Positions 1 through 9,997 of a stretch of 64,000 bases of DNA are shown here, in pieces. The stretch covers positions 32,001 through 96,000 of the forward strand of contig CBFHKU010000004.1 of assembly GCA_965656495.1 (NCBI GenBank), written 5' to 3'. How positions within the stretch are numbered: the stretch's first letter is position 1; each line of letters opens with the position of its first letter. The notes below the pieces were generated by a model that searched no databases, was not told the origin of the DNA, and worked only from the letters and a program-made list of their open reading frames with translations. The translations under genes and the position numbers were made by a program. The stretch comes from Coraliomargaritaceae bacterium (GTDB lineage: Bacteria; Verrucomicrobiota; Verrucomicrobiia; Opitutales; Coraliomargaritaceae).

Positions 1-18
1 CCGACTCCCGCTTAAGCC

Positions 19-1614
19 CTAAGACTTGGCAGCCTCAATGAAGCGCTGAAAGGCCGCTCGCATCACCTCTATATCCCGTTGATAAGCGGGGTTCATAATC
101 TCGTTATGCCACTCATGTGGATCACTGCGATGATCATAAAATTCCTCCTCGCCGTTGCGGCAACGGATATAACGGAAATGCTCGGAGCGCAGACTGAAAT
201 GCTGGTCCTCCACGCGGGCGGGCTGATCCACTTCAAAAGGAATTTTTGAACCGGACGCCGCCACCGAGATGTAAGGGCCATCCCATTCATTCGCGGCCGG
301 ATCCTCCAGGAGGGAGCGCAGACTGAAGCCATCCAAGTCATAAGCGGAATCCATTCCGGCATAATCGATGCAGGTTGGGTAAAGATCCAGCAAGGCGACG
401 GGACGGGCACATTCTACGCCTTGCGCCACTCCCGGCCCCGCAATGACGAGCGGAATACGCACACTTTCTTCCCAGGGGGTAAATTTGAAGAGGTACTCCT
501 TTTCGCCCATGTGGTAGCCGTGGTCGCTGGTAAAAATGATCAAAGTATTGGCGGCATCTTCGCGTGACTCGATTGCCTCGAGGACTTTGCCGACCTGATC
601 ATCGACAAAGGCGACACAGGCAAGATAGGCCTGCGTCCATTTCCGCAACTGCTCCGCGCCGCCATTCTTCATGATCTTCTGGTATTTGTGCCAGCCCCAG
701 GGCTCGGAGAGATCTTGCTGGCGCGTTAAAATCTTCGCGCAATCGGCGGCATCATTTTCCAGAATGGGGGTCAGTTCAACGGTCTCCAGAGGAAAGCGAT
801 CAAAATATTCCTGCGGCGCATACCAGGGGGAATGCGGGCGGGAGAAACCGACTGTCAGGAGAAAAGGAGTAGGATGTTCCCGCCGGAGGAACTCAACCGC
901 CTCGCGGGCGTGCACCTCATCGGGCATGGGATCGCGGTTGTGCCCTTCGCGATATTGCCAGGGGTGGCCGGTATAAAACATCGACCAACCGTAGCCGGAA
1001 CCATACTCGCTCAAATCCTGAATCGGGCCGAAGCCGTCGCCCCACCCTCCGCTCTCGCGGTGCGCTTCCGGCCACCAGGGCGGCAGGACCCCCTGTCGTT
1101 TGTTCTCGGGTTTACCATCGTTGGGCAGCGGACCGAAATTCGGATGCGAACCGAAGCCGCGAAACCCGTCGGGGTTTTCAAAGATTTCCTTACGCTCATG
1201 CCCGTTGTGATGAATTTTACCGGTGGCAAAATTGCGGTAGCCGTTGCGCGTAAAGGTTTCAAAGAGCGTCGGCTTACCCTCTAGGATGGGATTATTATAC
1301 CAACGGTTTTGATGCTGCTTGCCGCCATAGAGACCGGTCGTCACCGGATGCAGCCCGCTCCATAGGCTAGCCCGGGAAGGCCCGCAGATCGGACTATTGG
1401 AGGCAGCGTTCAGAAAACGCACCCCGCGCGCGGTGAGGCGATCGATATTCGGAGTGTAGGCCTGCGGATGGCCTCCCATCCCGGCGATGGAATCATTGAG
1501 GTCGTCACAAATAATGATGACGATATTCGGTCTTGCAGCAGTTTCCGCGATGAGGGGTATCGCAGAGCAAAGGGCGCTGATACAAAAAATAAAGGTCCGG
1601 TATGATGCGCTCAT
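19..1614 (-). CDS. Sulfatase (S1 family, iduronate-2-sulfatase-like), signal peptide
   Basis: RPNIVIIICDDL, CGPSRASLWSG formylglycine motif, GKIHH, TSDHGYHMGEK; hydrophobic N-terminus. Confidence 0.93.
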   Translation of the reverse strand: MSASYRTFIFCISALCSAIPLIAETAARPNIVIIICDDLNDSIAGMGGHPQAYTPNIDRLTARGVRFLNAASNSPICGPSRASLWSGLHPVTTGLYGGKQHQNRWYNNPILEGKPTLFETFTRNGYRNFATGKIHHNGHERKEIFENPDGFRGFGSHPNFGPLPNDGKPENKRQGVLPPWWPEAHRESGGWGDGFGPIQDLSEYGSGYGWSMFYTGHPWQYREGHNRDPMPDEVHAREAVEFLRREHPTPFLLTVGFSRPHSPWYAPQEYFDRFPLETVELTPILENDAADCAKILTRQQDLSEPWGWHKYQKIMKNGGAEQLRKWTQAYLACVAFVDDQVGKVLEAIESREDAANTLIIFTSDHGYHMGEKEYLFKFTPWEESVRIPLVIAGPGVAQGVECARPVALLDLYPTCIDYAGMDSAYDLDGFSLRSLLEDPAANEWDGPYISVAASGSKIPFEVDQPARVEDQHFSLRSEHFRYIRCRNGEEEFYDHRSDPHEWHNEIMNPAYQRDIEVMRAAFQRFIEAAKS

Positions 1615-2792
1615 TATTGCTTCATTTCACGCAAGGCGTGGTAGGCAGGTTTTGCCTCGTAGTCTCTTCCAAAGAGCAAGGGTGCCGCGGTGCGTCCCTT
1701 CACGGGCCAATCATTGATCCATGAATACTGATCGAGCGTCCCCCAAAAGCTCACCCGTTCAATAACATCGCGGTTGCGTAGGAAAAGCTCAAAGATCTCG
1801 CGGTAGCGACGGGCCTGCTGTTTCAAGACGCGCTCCGGCACCCCATCGACATAGGGATTCAAGGCGGGATCCAACTCGCTCTTTTTATCGACGTCCGCGC
1901 CCTGGTAATCATCCAGCAGCGGCAGGATGCCCACATCCAATTCACTGATGCTAACCTTTACGCCGATCCCCGCCATTAGGTCGATTGAGCGCTGCACCTC
2001 CCTTAAATTTGGATATTTCAAATGCCAGTGTCCCTGGAAGCCCACTCCATGCATGGGGATTCCCTTCGATTTCAAATGCAGTACCAGTCCTGCCGCAAAG
2101 CGTGCCTTGGGTTCATCAAACATACTGTAGTCATTATAGAGCAACAAGGCATCGGGATCCGCCTCGTGCGTAAAACGATAAGCCAGTTCAATATAGTCTT
2201 TCCCAATTATCCTCAACCAGGGCGAGTCCCGCAAAAATGCCACCTGTTTTTTTTCACCGGTTTCGGGATCGGTCATCCACTTGGTGTCAATCGCTTCATT
2301 CACCACGTCCCAGTATTGGATCCGTCCCTTATAGCGTCCCACTACCGTGTTGATATGCGTGCGCATCCGCTCGATGAGCACTTCACGGCTCACCTCCGAG
2401 CCGTCCTTGTTTTTAAAGATCCAGTCCGGAACCATCGCGTGCCAGACCAGCGCGTGACCGACGTAATCCATCCCGTGCGCCTCTGCGAAATCGACCGCCG
2501 CGTCCGGACCCTTGAAATCGAAGACCCCTTCCTGCGGCTGCACGAACATCATTTTCATGTTGTTCTCGGAAGTCAGGCAGTTGAATTCACGTGCCAGGAT
2601 TTCCAATTCGCGATCGTCCTGACGATAAGGCGGGTCCTGGGGGTGGAGCCCACCCGCCATGATGTTTCCAATCAGGAAATCATCCTTATAAAGCTCGTGC
2701 AGTGGTGGATTGATGGCGCCTGCCTCAGTCATGGCATTTGCATTGGAGGCAACCAGCAAAGTTGCGAGTGCGGCAGTGATAAGCGTTTTCAT
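1614..2792 (-). CDS. Endo-1,4-beta-xylanase, GH10, secreted
   Basis: TSENNMK, GHALVWH, WDVVNE (acid/base), YNDY, GFQGH, ISELDV (nucleophile); signal peptide ending ANA. Confidence 0.93.
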   Translation of the reverse strand: MKTLITAALATLLVASNANAMTEAGAINPPLHELYKDDFLIGNIMAGGLHPQDPPYRQDDRELEILAREFNCLTSENNMKMMFVQPQEGVFDFKGPDAAVDFAEAHGMDYVGHALVWHAMVPDWIFKNKDGSEVSREVLIERMRTHINTVVGRYKGRIQYWDVVNEAIDTKWMTDPETGEKKQVAFLRDSPWLRIIGKDYIELAYRFTHEADPDALLLYNDYSMFDEPKARFAAGLVLHLKSKGIPMHGVGFQGHWHLKYPNLREVQRSIDLMAGIGVKVSISELDVGILPLLDDYQGADVDKKSELDPALNPYVDGVPERVLKQQARRYREIFELFLRNRDVIERVSFWGTLDQYSWINDWPVKGRTAAPLLFGRDYEAKPAYHALREMKQ

Positions 2793-2797
2793 AGGGA

Positions 2798-4177
2798 TTA
2801 AAGGGATGCACGGTGTTGCTTCAGGATTTGCTGCAGCTTCGCAACGACTTCCCGGTATTTTGGCTGATTGACCACGTTGACATTTTCATCGGGATCGGAG
2901 CGCTGATCGTAAAGCATCTGTGCTCCACTCGTCCATTCGGTATATTGATAACGGTCTGAGCGAACACTCTCGCCGCCGTGGTAACGCCCGAAGATTGCCT
3001 CCTTAAAGGGAGCCTCCGGGTCGCGCATCAAAGGCACGAGGCTTTTGCCCTGCAAGTGATCCGGCGCCTCGACACCCGCCAGTTCACAAAGGGTTGGATA
3101 GATATCGACAAATTCGACCAGCGCTGCGGTGCGCTGCCCCGCCTGCATGCCGGGGGCGCTGATAATGAGTGGAGCATGGAGCGAAGTTTCAAATAGAGCG
3201 TGCTTACACCAGAGGGAATGTTCGCCGAGTTGCCAACCGTGGTCACCCCACAAAATCACAATGGTATTATCGCGCATCTCCAAACGCTCCAATTCATCGA
3301 GCAAGCGCCCGATCATCGCATCGGTATAGGAGACACAGGCGTAATAACCGTGCATAAGGGTGCGGGCAAGTTCATCGGAGAGCGGACCCTCCTTGGGGAT
3401 GCCCCCATACATTCCGCGCAATTCGTGCCATTGATGTATCGCCTCGGCGGGCGCACCCGCCGGAACGTAGGGATTATCGACCAGTTCGATGGCCTCGCGA
3501 TCATAAAGATCCCAATATTTCTTGGGCGCATTAAAGGGCAGGTGCGGCTTGGCGTAACCCGCTGTTATAAAAAACGGAGTGCCCTCGGCTTTGGCGCGGC
3601 GTAAGTCCTCGATGACTTTATTAGTCATCTCACCACCGGAATAGAGATCGTCTGAAACATCCGCAGCTTCGTAGGCGGGCTCCTCGTTTTTCGGCAGATT
3701 TTTATTCTCCGGCAGGAGGTAAATCTTGAAATCACTCGGACGAAAAAATTCACTCCACGAAGCAGTGCTATCATTCCAATCATGATAGATTTTTCCATTA
3801 CCGAGAGCGGTATATCCGGAACGCCGCAACCAGGTCGGGATGTCCGGAATCCCGGCGGCATCCTTGTCGGCACGGGTGTAGTAGGTCACGAAACGATCGG
3901 CAGTGGGATACATTCCGGTCATCAAGCTCGCACGGGAAGCCCCACAGACCGGCACTTGGCAATAGGCACGCTCAAAAACCGTGCCCGATTCCGCGAGGCG
4001 ATCGATGTTCGGCGAGAGCGCTACTTCGCTGCCGTAACACCCAAGCTCGGGCCGCAGATCATCCACCGCAATGAACAAAATATTGGGCTGCTCCCCTCCA
4101 AACAAACCCAGGGGTGCGCATATCGCGAGTGAAGTGAGAATCAGAAAGAAGCGTTTGCGTAGGGTATTTATAATCAT
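2798..4177 (-). CDS. Sulfatase (S1, iduronate-2-sulfatase-like)
   Basis: PNILFIAVDDLRPELGCYG, CGASRASLMTG, KPHLPF, WGDHGWQLGEH. Confidence 0.93.
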   Translation of the reverse strand: MIINTLRKRFFLILTSLAICAPLGLFGGEQPNILFIAVDDLRPELGCYGSEVALSPNIDRLAESGTVFERAYCQVPVCGASRASLMTGMYPTADRFVTYYTRADKDAAGIPDIPTWLRRSGYTALGNGKIYHDWNDSTASWSEFFRPSDFKIYLLPENKNLPKNEEPAYEAADVSDDLYSGGEMTNKVIEDLRRAKAEGTPFFITAGYAKPHLPFNAPKKYWDLYDREAIELVDNPYVPAGAPAEAIHQWHELRGMYGGIPKEGPLSDELARTLMHGYYACVSYTDAMIGRLLDELERLEMRDNTIVILWGDHGWQLGEHSLWCKHALFETSLHAPLIISAPGMQAGQRTAALVEFVDIYPTLCELAGVEAPDHLQGKSLVPLMRDPEAPFKEAIFGRYHGGESVRSDRYQYTEWTSGAQMLYDQRSDPDENVNVVNQPKYREVVAKLQQILKQHRASL

Positions 4178-4283
4178 TGGTGACAGCAGTATTAATCCTT
4201 CAATTTAGAGAAAATCAAAAGGTTCGTAAATGGTAAGCTTTGATGCTGTAATACAAATCACCGAAACTCAATGCCCGCCTCCA

Positions 4284-5987
4284 TTAAGGGGCGCCCTCCA
4301 CTACCACTTTCATTGTCGCTTCAACCGGTTCGTTGACCCCATCGGAGACTGTTACCTTTAAAATATTCTCTCCGACATCCCCGGCGCCCGGCGTGCCCTG
4401 AAATCGCCCATAACCGGTGTTGGTCAACTCAATCCATTCGGGCCCCGAAACCTTCGCATAGACGAGTCCATCCTCCTCGGGATCACTGGCGCGGAAATTG
4501 ACATAGGTACTGTAGGCTTCGCCGACCTTGGCAGGTTTCTGTGAGAAGGTACCCGGTCGCCAGGTGGGCGGCTTGTTGTTATTGATCATTTCACTGCCAA
4601 AGACCGAGGCGGCGTAGGCGTCATCCGCCTCGCGAACCTTTTGACGGTGGGTTTTCAAGAGCGCGGAAATCTTGCTCAGGACCGCTGCATATTTGGGGTC
4701 GTCGACCCGGTTGATATTCTCATCGATGTCAATGCGGTGATTGTAAAGCATGCGTCCCCCACTCCGCCATTCGGCGTAGCTCAAGTTACGGGTTTTGACG
4801 GCCTCCCCGCTGTGGTAACGACTGTACACTGCCATCTTGAAGGGCGCCTCCGGATTTTCGAGAAGGGGCCTCAGGCTTCTGCCCTGCAGGTGTGCGGGCG
4901 CTTCGATGCCCGCGAGATCGCAGAGGGTTGGGTAAATATCGACAAACTCGACCAGGGAATTTGATTTTTGCCCGCCCTTATAACCCGGAGCGCTGACGAT
5001 CAGGGGCGCGTTCAGGGAAGTCCTGAAGAGCGCATGCTTGCACCAGAGGGTATGCTCGCCCAATTGCCAGCCATGATCGCCCCACAAGATGACGATGGTG
5101 TTGTCTGCCATCTCAAGACGTTCCAACGCATCGAGCACTTTTCCAATCATGGCATCGGCATAGGAAACGGTGGCATAGTAACCGTGAATGAGATGGAGGG
5201 CGAGCGCATCGGAAACAGGCCCCTCCTGCGGCACGCCACCGTATTGACCCCGCAATTCATTCCACTGGTGCATCGCCTCGCGCGGCGCACCCTCCGGAAC
5301 GAAGTAATTATCCGGCAGGGAAAAATCCTCCCGTTGATAAAGATCCCAATATTTAGAGGGGGCATTAAAGGGCAGGTGCGGCTTGGTGAAACCTGCCGTG
5401 ATAAAGAAAGGGGTACCCGCAGCCTTGGCGCGCTCGAGGTCGCGAATCACCTTGTCCGCGATTTCACCGTCGGGATAGGCATTGTCGGGAACATCCGCTT
5501 TTTCGAAGGGCGGTTGTTGGTTATTGGGCAGCTTGATATTTTCCGCCAATACATAGCGTCGAAAGGTTCCGGGGTGTTCGATCTCGCTCCAGGAGCGCTT
5601 GAAGTCGTCTTTTTGATGATAGATTTTCCCGTTTGAAATCGTGGTATATCCTTGTTCCTTGAGCCAACCGGGGAGGTCATAAATGCCACGCACTTCCGCA
5701 TCGGCCTTCGTGTGGTAACTCAGGAAACGTTGCGGGGTTGGATAGAGCCCGGTCATCAGACTGGCACGCGAGGCACCGCAAACCGGCACCTGACAATAAG
5801 CTTCCTTAAAAACCGTGCCACTCGCTGCGAGGCGGTCGATGTGGGGCGAAACGATCTTGGTGTTGCCATAGCAACCCAACTCGGGCCGCAGGTCATCCAC
5901 CGCGATAAAAAGAATATGCGGTTTTTCGGCAAGGCTTAGACTAGTGATCAGTAAACTGACCCATGCGATGAGAAGCGTGGATTTCAT
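4284..5987 (-). CDS. Sulfatase (S1) with C-terminal Ig/cadherin-like domain
   Basis: Same motifs as the 2798-4177 paralogue plus ~100-aa tail (ASDPEEDGLVY...GPEWI...GTP...VTVSDG) typical of cadherin/He_PIG Ig repeats. Confidence 0.9.
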   Translation of the reverse strand: MKSTLLIAWVSLLITSLSLAEKPHILFIAVDDLRPELGCYGNTKIVSPHIDRLAASGTVFKEAYCQVPVCGASRASLMTGLYPTPQRFLSYHTKADAEVRGIYDLPGWLKEQGYTTISNGKIYHQKDDFKRSWSEIEHPGTFRRYVLAENIKLPNNQQPPFEKADVPDNAYPDGEIADKVIRDLERAKAAGTPFFITAGFTKPHLPFNAPSKYWDLYQREDFSLPDNYFVPEGAPREAMHQWNELRGQYGGVPQEGPVSDALALHLIHGYYATVSYADAMIGKVLDALERLEMADNTIVILWGDHGWQLGEHTLWCKHALFRTSLNAPLIVSAPGYKGGQKSNSLVEFVDIYPTLCDLAGIEAPAHLQGRSLRPLLENPEAPFKMAVYSRYHSGEAVKTRNLSYAEWRSGGRMLYNHRIDIDENINRVDDPKYAAVLSKISALLKTHRQKVREADDAYAASVFGSEMINNNKPPTWRPGTFSQKPAKVGEAYSTYVNFRASDPEEDGLVYAKVSGPEWIELTNTGYGRFQGTPGAGDVGENILKVTVSDGVNEPVEATMKVVVEGAP

Positions 5988-6014
5988 TATTTGTTTCAGG
6001 GATTCGTATTTTAA

Positions 6015-7463
6015 TCAATCGGCGTAAATCTTTTGGACGAGTTTTCCGGTATCGAGGAAATGCTTGTAGGGCATGCGGTCATAACTGCGGATTTCCGCCG
6101 CCACTTTGGGGTCGGCGCGATCGGGCCAGGGATTCTTTTTGAGGATTGCCATGATTTCGGCATGCGCAGCGCGTTCCTCTTCGGTTTTCGCATCGCCCAC
6201 CAAAGTGTAGCGCGAGCGGCGGTAATCCCCGTTGGTGCGATAGAGACGTCCCTCGCCTGAACCGTAAACCGGATCGACTGCCTCCAACATCCAGTCCTTG
6301 GTACGCGCCATGCGGGCAGTTGCGATGTAACTCATAATCCATTCACGGTGTGTCGCTTTCGCCCCGCTCAAAAAAGGACGGAGGCTTTTACCGTCAAGGG
6401 CGTGACCACTTGGTAATCGCACACCGGCGTAATCAATTAGAGTTGGGAAAATATCGGAGAACTCAACCAGCTCGCCACTGGAACCACGGGGCTTCACCAG
6501 CCCCGGCCCATCGATAATGAGCGGAACCCGCGGTCCGTCCTCGGTGGCGTGCATCTTCATCCCGTCTTTTGAATCACCGTTGTCCGCCGTAAAAATAACG
6601 ATGGTGTTGTCCCGCACCCCCGCGTCTTCGAGGGCGTCTACAAGGCGCCCCATTGTCGCATCAATATATCGAAACATATCCCCTAAACTGCCGCCTTTAT
6701 TTGTGCCGGGGCGACCGCGAAACGGCATGGTCGGCAATCCGCCACCCGCAATGTCGTGCACGAGGTTCAGCGGATAATACGCCAGGAAAGGCTGATCCCG
6801 TTCGCGCTTGATAAAATCGACGAGGTAATCGGTGAAAATGTCCGGCCCGAAATCTTCGGGACCGGTTTCCTTTAAGCGCCCGTTTTCAATGACACAGGGA
6901 TGCCAGTAGCGCGAGGGAATGCGCGGGGCGTTGGGAAAATTATACCGGCCCTCGTAAAGACCGCTAAAGACTTCGCCGGCGGGGATCGCGCTCGGATGAT
7001 CGGCGCGATGACAAAATTCATCGAAACCGACTGTGCCATCGACCTGCCCGCCCAGCGCCATATTGTTCCCAACCAAAACGGTACGGTAGCCGTTGTCGCG
7101 CAAGGCCTGGGCAAAGGTCAGGTGACGGGTGGTCCAGTTGTAGCGGTCGCTGCTTTTTTCATTGATGCGCAAGTCATTGTGCCAAACCCCGGTTCGGGAG
7201 GCATAGCGCCCGGTCGTCAGGAGGGCGCGCGAGGAGGAACACATCGGGGTTGCCCAGGCAGTCCGAAACATGACCCCGCTTTCCGCGAGCGCATCGATGT
7301 GTGGGGTCTCCGCCGCGCTGGCATCATAACAACTGAAATTGCGGGGACTGAGATCATCGACCACCACGATTAAAAAATTGGGGCGGCTTTCCGTGGCACC
7401 GACCGGCGCGAGACACCACAAAACCGCAACGATAAGGGCATGGAATACGAGATTTGATTTCAT
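6015..7463 (-). CDS. Sulfatase (arylsulfatase A-like)
   Basis: RPNFLIVVVDDL, CSSSRALLTTG, FTADNG; ATG at 7463 chosen over TTG 7475. Confidence 0.88.
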   Translation of the reverse strand: MKSNLVFHALIVAVLWCLAPVGATESRPNFLIVVVDDLSPRNFSCYDASAAETPHIDALAESGVMFRTAWATPMCSSSRALLTTGRYASRTGVWHNDLRINEKSSDRYNWTTRHLTFAQALRDNGYRTVLVGNNMALGGQVDGTVGFDEFCHRADHPSAIPAGEVFSGLYEGRYNFPNAPRIPSRYWHPCVIENGRLKETGPEDFGPDIFTDYLVDFIKRERDQPFLAYYPLNLVHDIAGGGLPTMPFRGRPGTNKGGSLGDMFRYIDATMGRLVDALEDAGVRDNTIVIFTADNGDSKDGMKMHATEDGPRVPLIIDGPGLVKPRGSSGELVEFSDIFPTLIDYAGVRLPSGHALDGKSLRPFLSGAKATHREWIMSYIATARMARTKDWMLEAVDPVYGSGEGRLYRTNGDYRRSRYTLVGDAKTEEERAAHAEIMAILKKNPWPDRADPKVAAEIRSYDRMPYKHFLDTGKLVQKIYAD

Positions 7464-7478
7464 GATTGGGAACAAGGG

Positions 7479-8663
7479 TTAGTGCTGTGTTTGGCTTGAG
7501 AAATAATCCAAGGCGGCGCGGTTCGCCTCCATGACGGCTTCCTGCAGAACGGGATATGCCGAGCCGTCCTCGCGCAGCATCCCCTGCTTCAAAACACCCT
7601 GGTGTTCATTGAAGCGGTCGATATACTGACAGCGATGATAGCCGATGATGTAGGGCCTGGCACTCGCCTCCGCCAAATAATTGCGATACATCGTCGCGAC
7701 TGCTTGCTCGCTCTCTAGTTGCTTCCACATCGTCTTGTCATACTGCGGCGTCGCGAAACTGCATTGATGATCACAAATGAGGATCGGTTTTCCGTATTTC
7801 GCATAGAGCGCATCAAAATATTCTGCCTCAAAACGATCACTGCCGGGCTGAATCGAAAGCACGTCAATATACGGCAAGGCCGCCTCGACCACCACCTCGG
7901 GGTGATCACCCAAAAGATAACGCTCACCAAAAATCAAAACGCCGGGATGCAGACTGCGGGTCGCCTCCCCGATCAATTTATAATGTGCCTGCGCAATGAG
8001 CGCGAGGAATCCCTCGTCCGTGGCAGCTTTGCCCTCGCTCGCACAGTCATCGAGATATTGCTCGTAGCGGATGCGACCCGGTGCATTGGCGGGCAGTTCG
8101 CGAATCGCAATTACCCAATTCGTGCCCCGGGTTCGCAGGGAACGCTCCAAGTCCCACTGCGGGGTGTCCGTCCAATAATACCCGATCAGATTGGGATTGC
8201 CGGGATTGCGGCACATCCAGCGCAGTTGCTTCAACTTCTCCGCCTGCACCTTTGGATCAAAGACATCGGGGTAAAAGAATTCCGCATCGGGAAGGAAATT
8301 GGAATTCCGCTCAAGAAAGGAATCCTCCATGTAGGGCATGCGGGGGTAAATTTCCTGCGGCGAACCATAACCGGCGGTGTTGTAATGCCAGCCTTCCAAG
8401 TCTTCAGCCGCGGCTTCTGAATAACGCGACCAGTCACCCCCGTATGCTTCCGCGAAAATATCGGGCTCGGCAGCTTCCTGCACCGCATTGATGTGATTGA
8501 TCCCCAGCGTGAAAAAGGGCTCGCCCTCCGGATCCAGCAAAACGTGGCGCGCGCCTATTTTGTCCAATCGAAAACGGCCCTCCGCGGCAGAATCGGCCGG
8601 GGCGGATGCATTCGCGGATATGATAGCAGCAGTCATGATGGTATTGAATGATTTGGTTTTCAT
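7479..8663 (-). CDS. Agarase-like (GH50-related, clan GH-A barrel) glycoside hydrolase
   Basis: GRFRLDK...LLDPEGEPFFTLGINH, YPDVFDP, PNLIGYY, KPILI, PYIIGYH patterns resemble GH50-like proteins; catalytic positions atypical. Confidence 0.6.
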   Translation of the reverse strand: MKTKSFNTIMTAAIISANASAPADSAAEGRFRLDKIGARHVLLDPEGEPFFTLGINHINAVQEAAEPDIFAEAYGGDWSRYSEAAAEDLEGWHYNTAGYGSPQEIYPRMPYMEDSFLERNSNFLPDAEFFYPDVFDPKVQAEKLKQLRWMCRNPGNPNLIGYYWTDTPQWDLERSLRTRGTNWVIAIRELPANAPGRIRYEQYLDDCASEGKAATDEGFLALIAQAHYKLIGEATRSLHPGVLIFGERYLLGDHPEVVVEAALPYIDVLSIQPGSDRFEAEYFDALYAKYGKPILICDHQCSFATPQYDKTMWKQLESEQAVATMYRNYLAEASARPYIIGYHRCQYIDRFNEHQGVLKQGMLREDGSAYPVLQEAVMEANRAALDYFSSQTQH

Positions 8664-9997
8664 TTAAGACGCGCGGTATCGTGTTGCCGAAGTAGCGTTT
8701 CCATTTTCAGGCGCACTGCCGCAAGCTCGGCTCCGCATTCGGTCGCAGCGAGCGGCTTTTCTTCCAGCTCATCCTGAGCGAGGTCGTAAAAATCGCCATT
8801 CCGGTAAAGTTTGTAGCGCTCATTACGCGCAAAGGATACATCCACAACCCCGGGATATCGCCGCTTCATAAAGTTGGGAATTTCATACCAACAATAGATA
8901 AACTCGCGGGGCGCGCCCGCCTTGCCCTCCAACTGCGGCAAGAAGCTCTGTCCGTTGAATCGTTCCATCCCAACAGGTTTAACCCCCGCAAGCTCGCAGA
9001 AGGTCGGAAGGAAATCGCTGAAATCCACAAGGTCGGCGCTCACCGCGCCCTGCACCACCCCAGGACCGGCAACCACTAGTGGTACGTGCGTGCCGGCATT
9101 GGTGGTCTCGCCCTTCCCGCCGCGCACCTTGCGTCCCTTGATTTCCGAGACGGTATTGCCCAGGCTACCGTTGTCGGATGTGAAGAAAATATAAGTCTGC
9201 TCACTCAAACCCGCCGCCGCGACCTGCGCCATCACGCGACCCACCATTTTGTCCGTATATCGCACCATATCGTCAAAATACTCGGGATCCATGCTCCCGC
9301 GTTTCGCGCCGGGGCTCTCGGGGTTCCAGTCCTCCGAGTCCGGATTCGGGACAAAAGGCGAGTGCGGCAAGAGCATGGGATAGTAAACCAGGAAGGGTTC
9401 GTCCTTGTGCGCCTCGATGAATTCCCCGATGAAATCGACGATCAAGTCCGGCCCAAATTCACCGTTGCGATAATCCAGCTCCACTCCGTTCCGTTCCAGT
9501 TGAGGATTCTCATACCGCGTATCGGTCCCGGTCGCATTGCTGAAGTTACTGCGCGTGTGCTGCCAAAGCAGGGACGACTCAAAACCAAAATGTTGCGGCG
9601 CATCACGCGTTTGCCCCAATTGCCATTTGCCCGCGATACAGGTGGCGTAGCCAGCATCCCGCAAAAGATGCGCAAAGGTGGTCTCCCCGCGTTTCAGCTG
9701 CGCAAATCGCGTGTAATTATAAACATTATAACGACCCGTCATGATCTGCACCCGCGAGGGCGTGCACGCCGGATTCGAATAACAATGCTCAAAACACAGC
9801 CCCCGCTCCGCCAAGCGGTCAATATTCGGAGTGGAATAGGATGTCCCCCCGTTGGCGCCAATACATTCATACCCCATATCATCCGCCATTATGAGGATGA
9901 TATTCGGAGGACGCTCAGCGCCAGCCGCGCCAGCCGCGATCAAAACGGCTCCTATGAAAAGAACCATCCGCATCAAAAATATCCAAATCTGTTTCAT
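8660..9997 (-). CDS. Sulfatase (arylsulfatase A-like)
   Basis: PPNIILIMADDMGY, CTPSRVQIMTG, AGKWQLG, TSDNG; start ATG 9997 overlaps the upstream stop (ATGA). Confidence 0.92.
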   Translation of the reverse strand: MKQIWIFLMRMVLFIGAVLIAAGAAGAERPPNIILIMADDMGYECIGANGGTSYSTPNIDRLAERGLCFEHCYSNPACTPSRVQIMTGRYNVYNYTRFAQLKRGETTFAHLLRDAGYATCIAGKWQLGQTRDAPQHFGFESSLLWQHTRSNFSNATGTDTRYENPQLERNGVELDYRNGEFGPDLIVDFIGEFIEAHKDEPFLVYYPMLLPHSPFVPNPDSEDWNPESPGAKRGSMDPEYFDDMVRYTDKMVGRVMAQVAAAGLSEQTYIFFTSDNGSLGNTVSEIKGRKVRGGKGETTNAGTHVPLVVAGPGVVQGAVSADLVDFSDFLPTFCELAGVKPVGMERFNGQSFLPQLEGKAGAPREFIYCWYEIPNFMKRRYPGVVDVSFARNERYKLYRNGDFYDLAQDELEEKPLAATECGAELAAVRLKMETLLRQHDTARLK

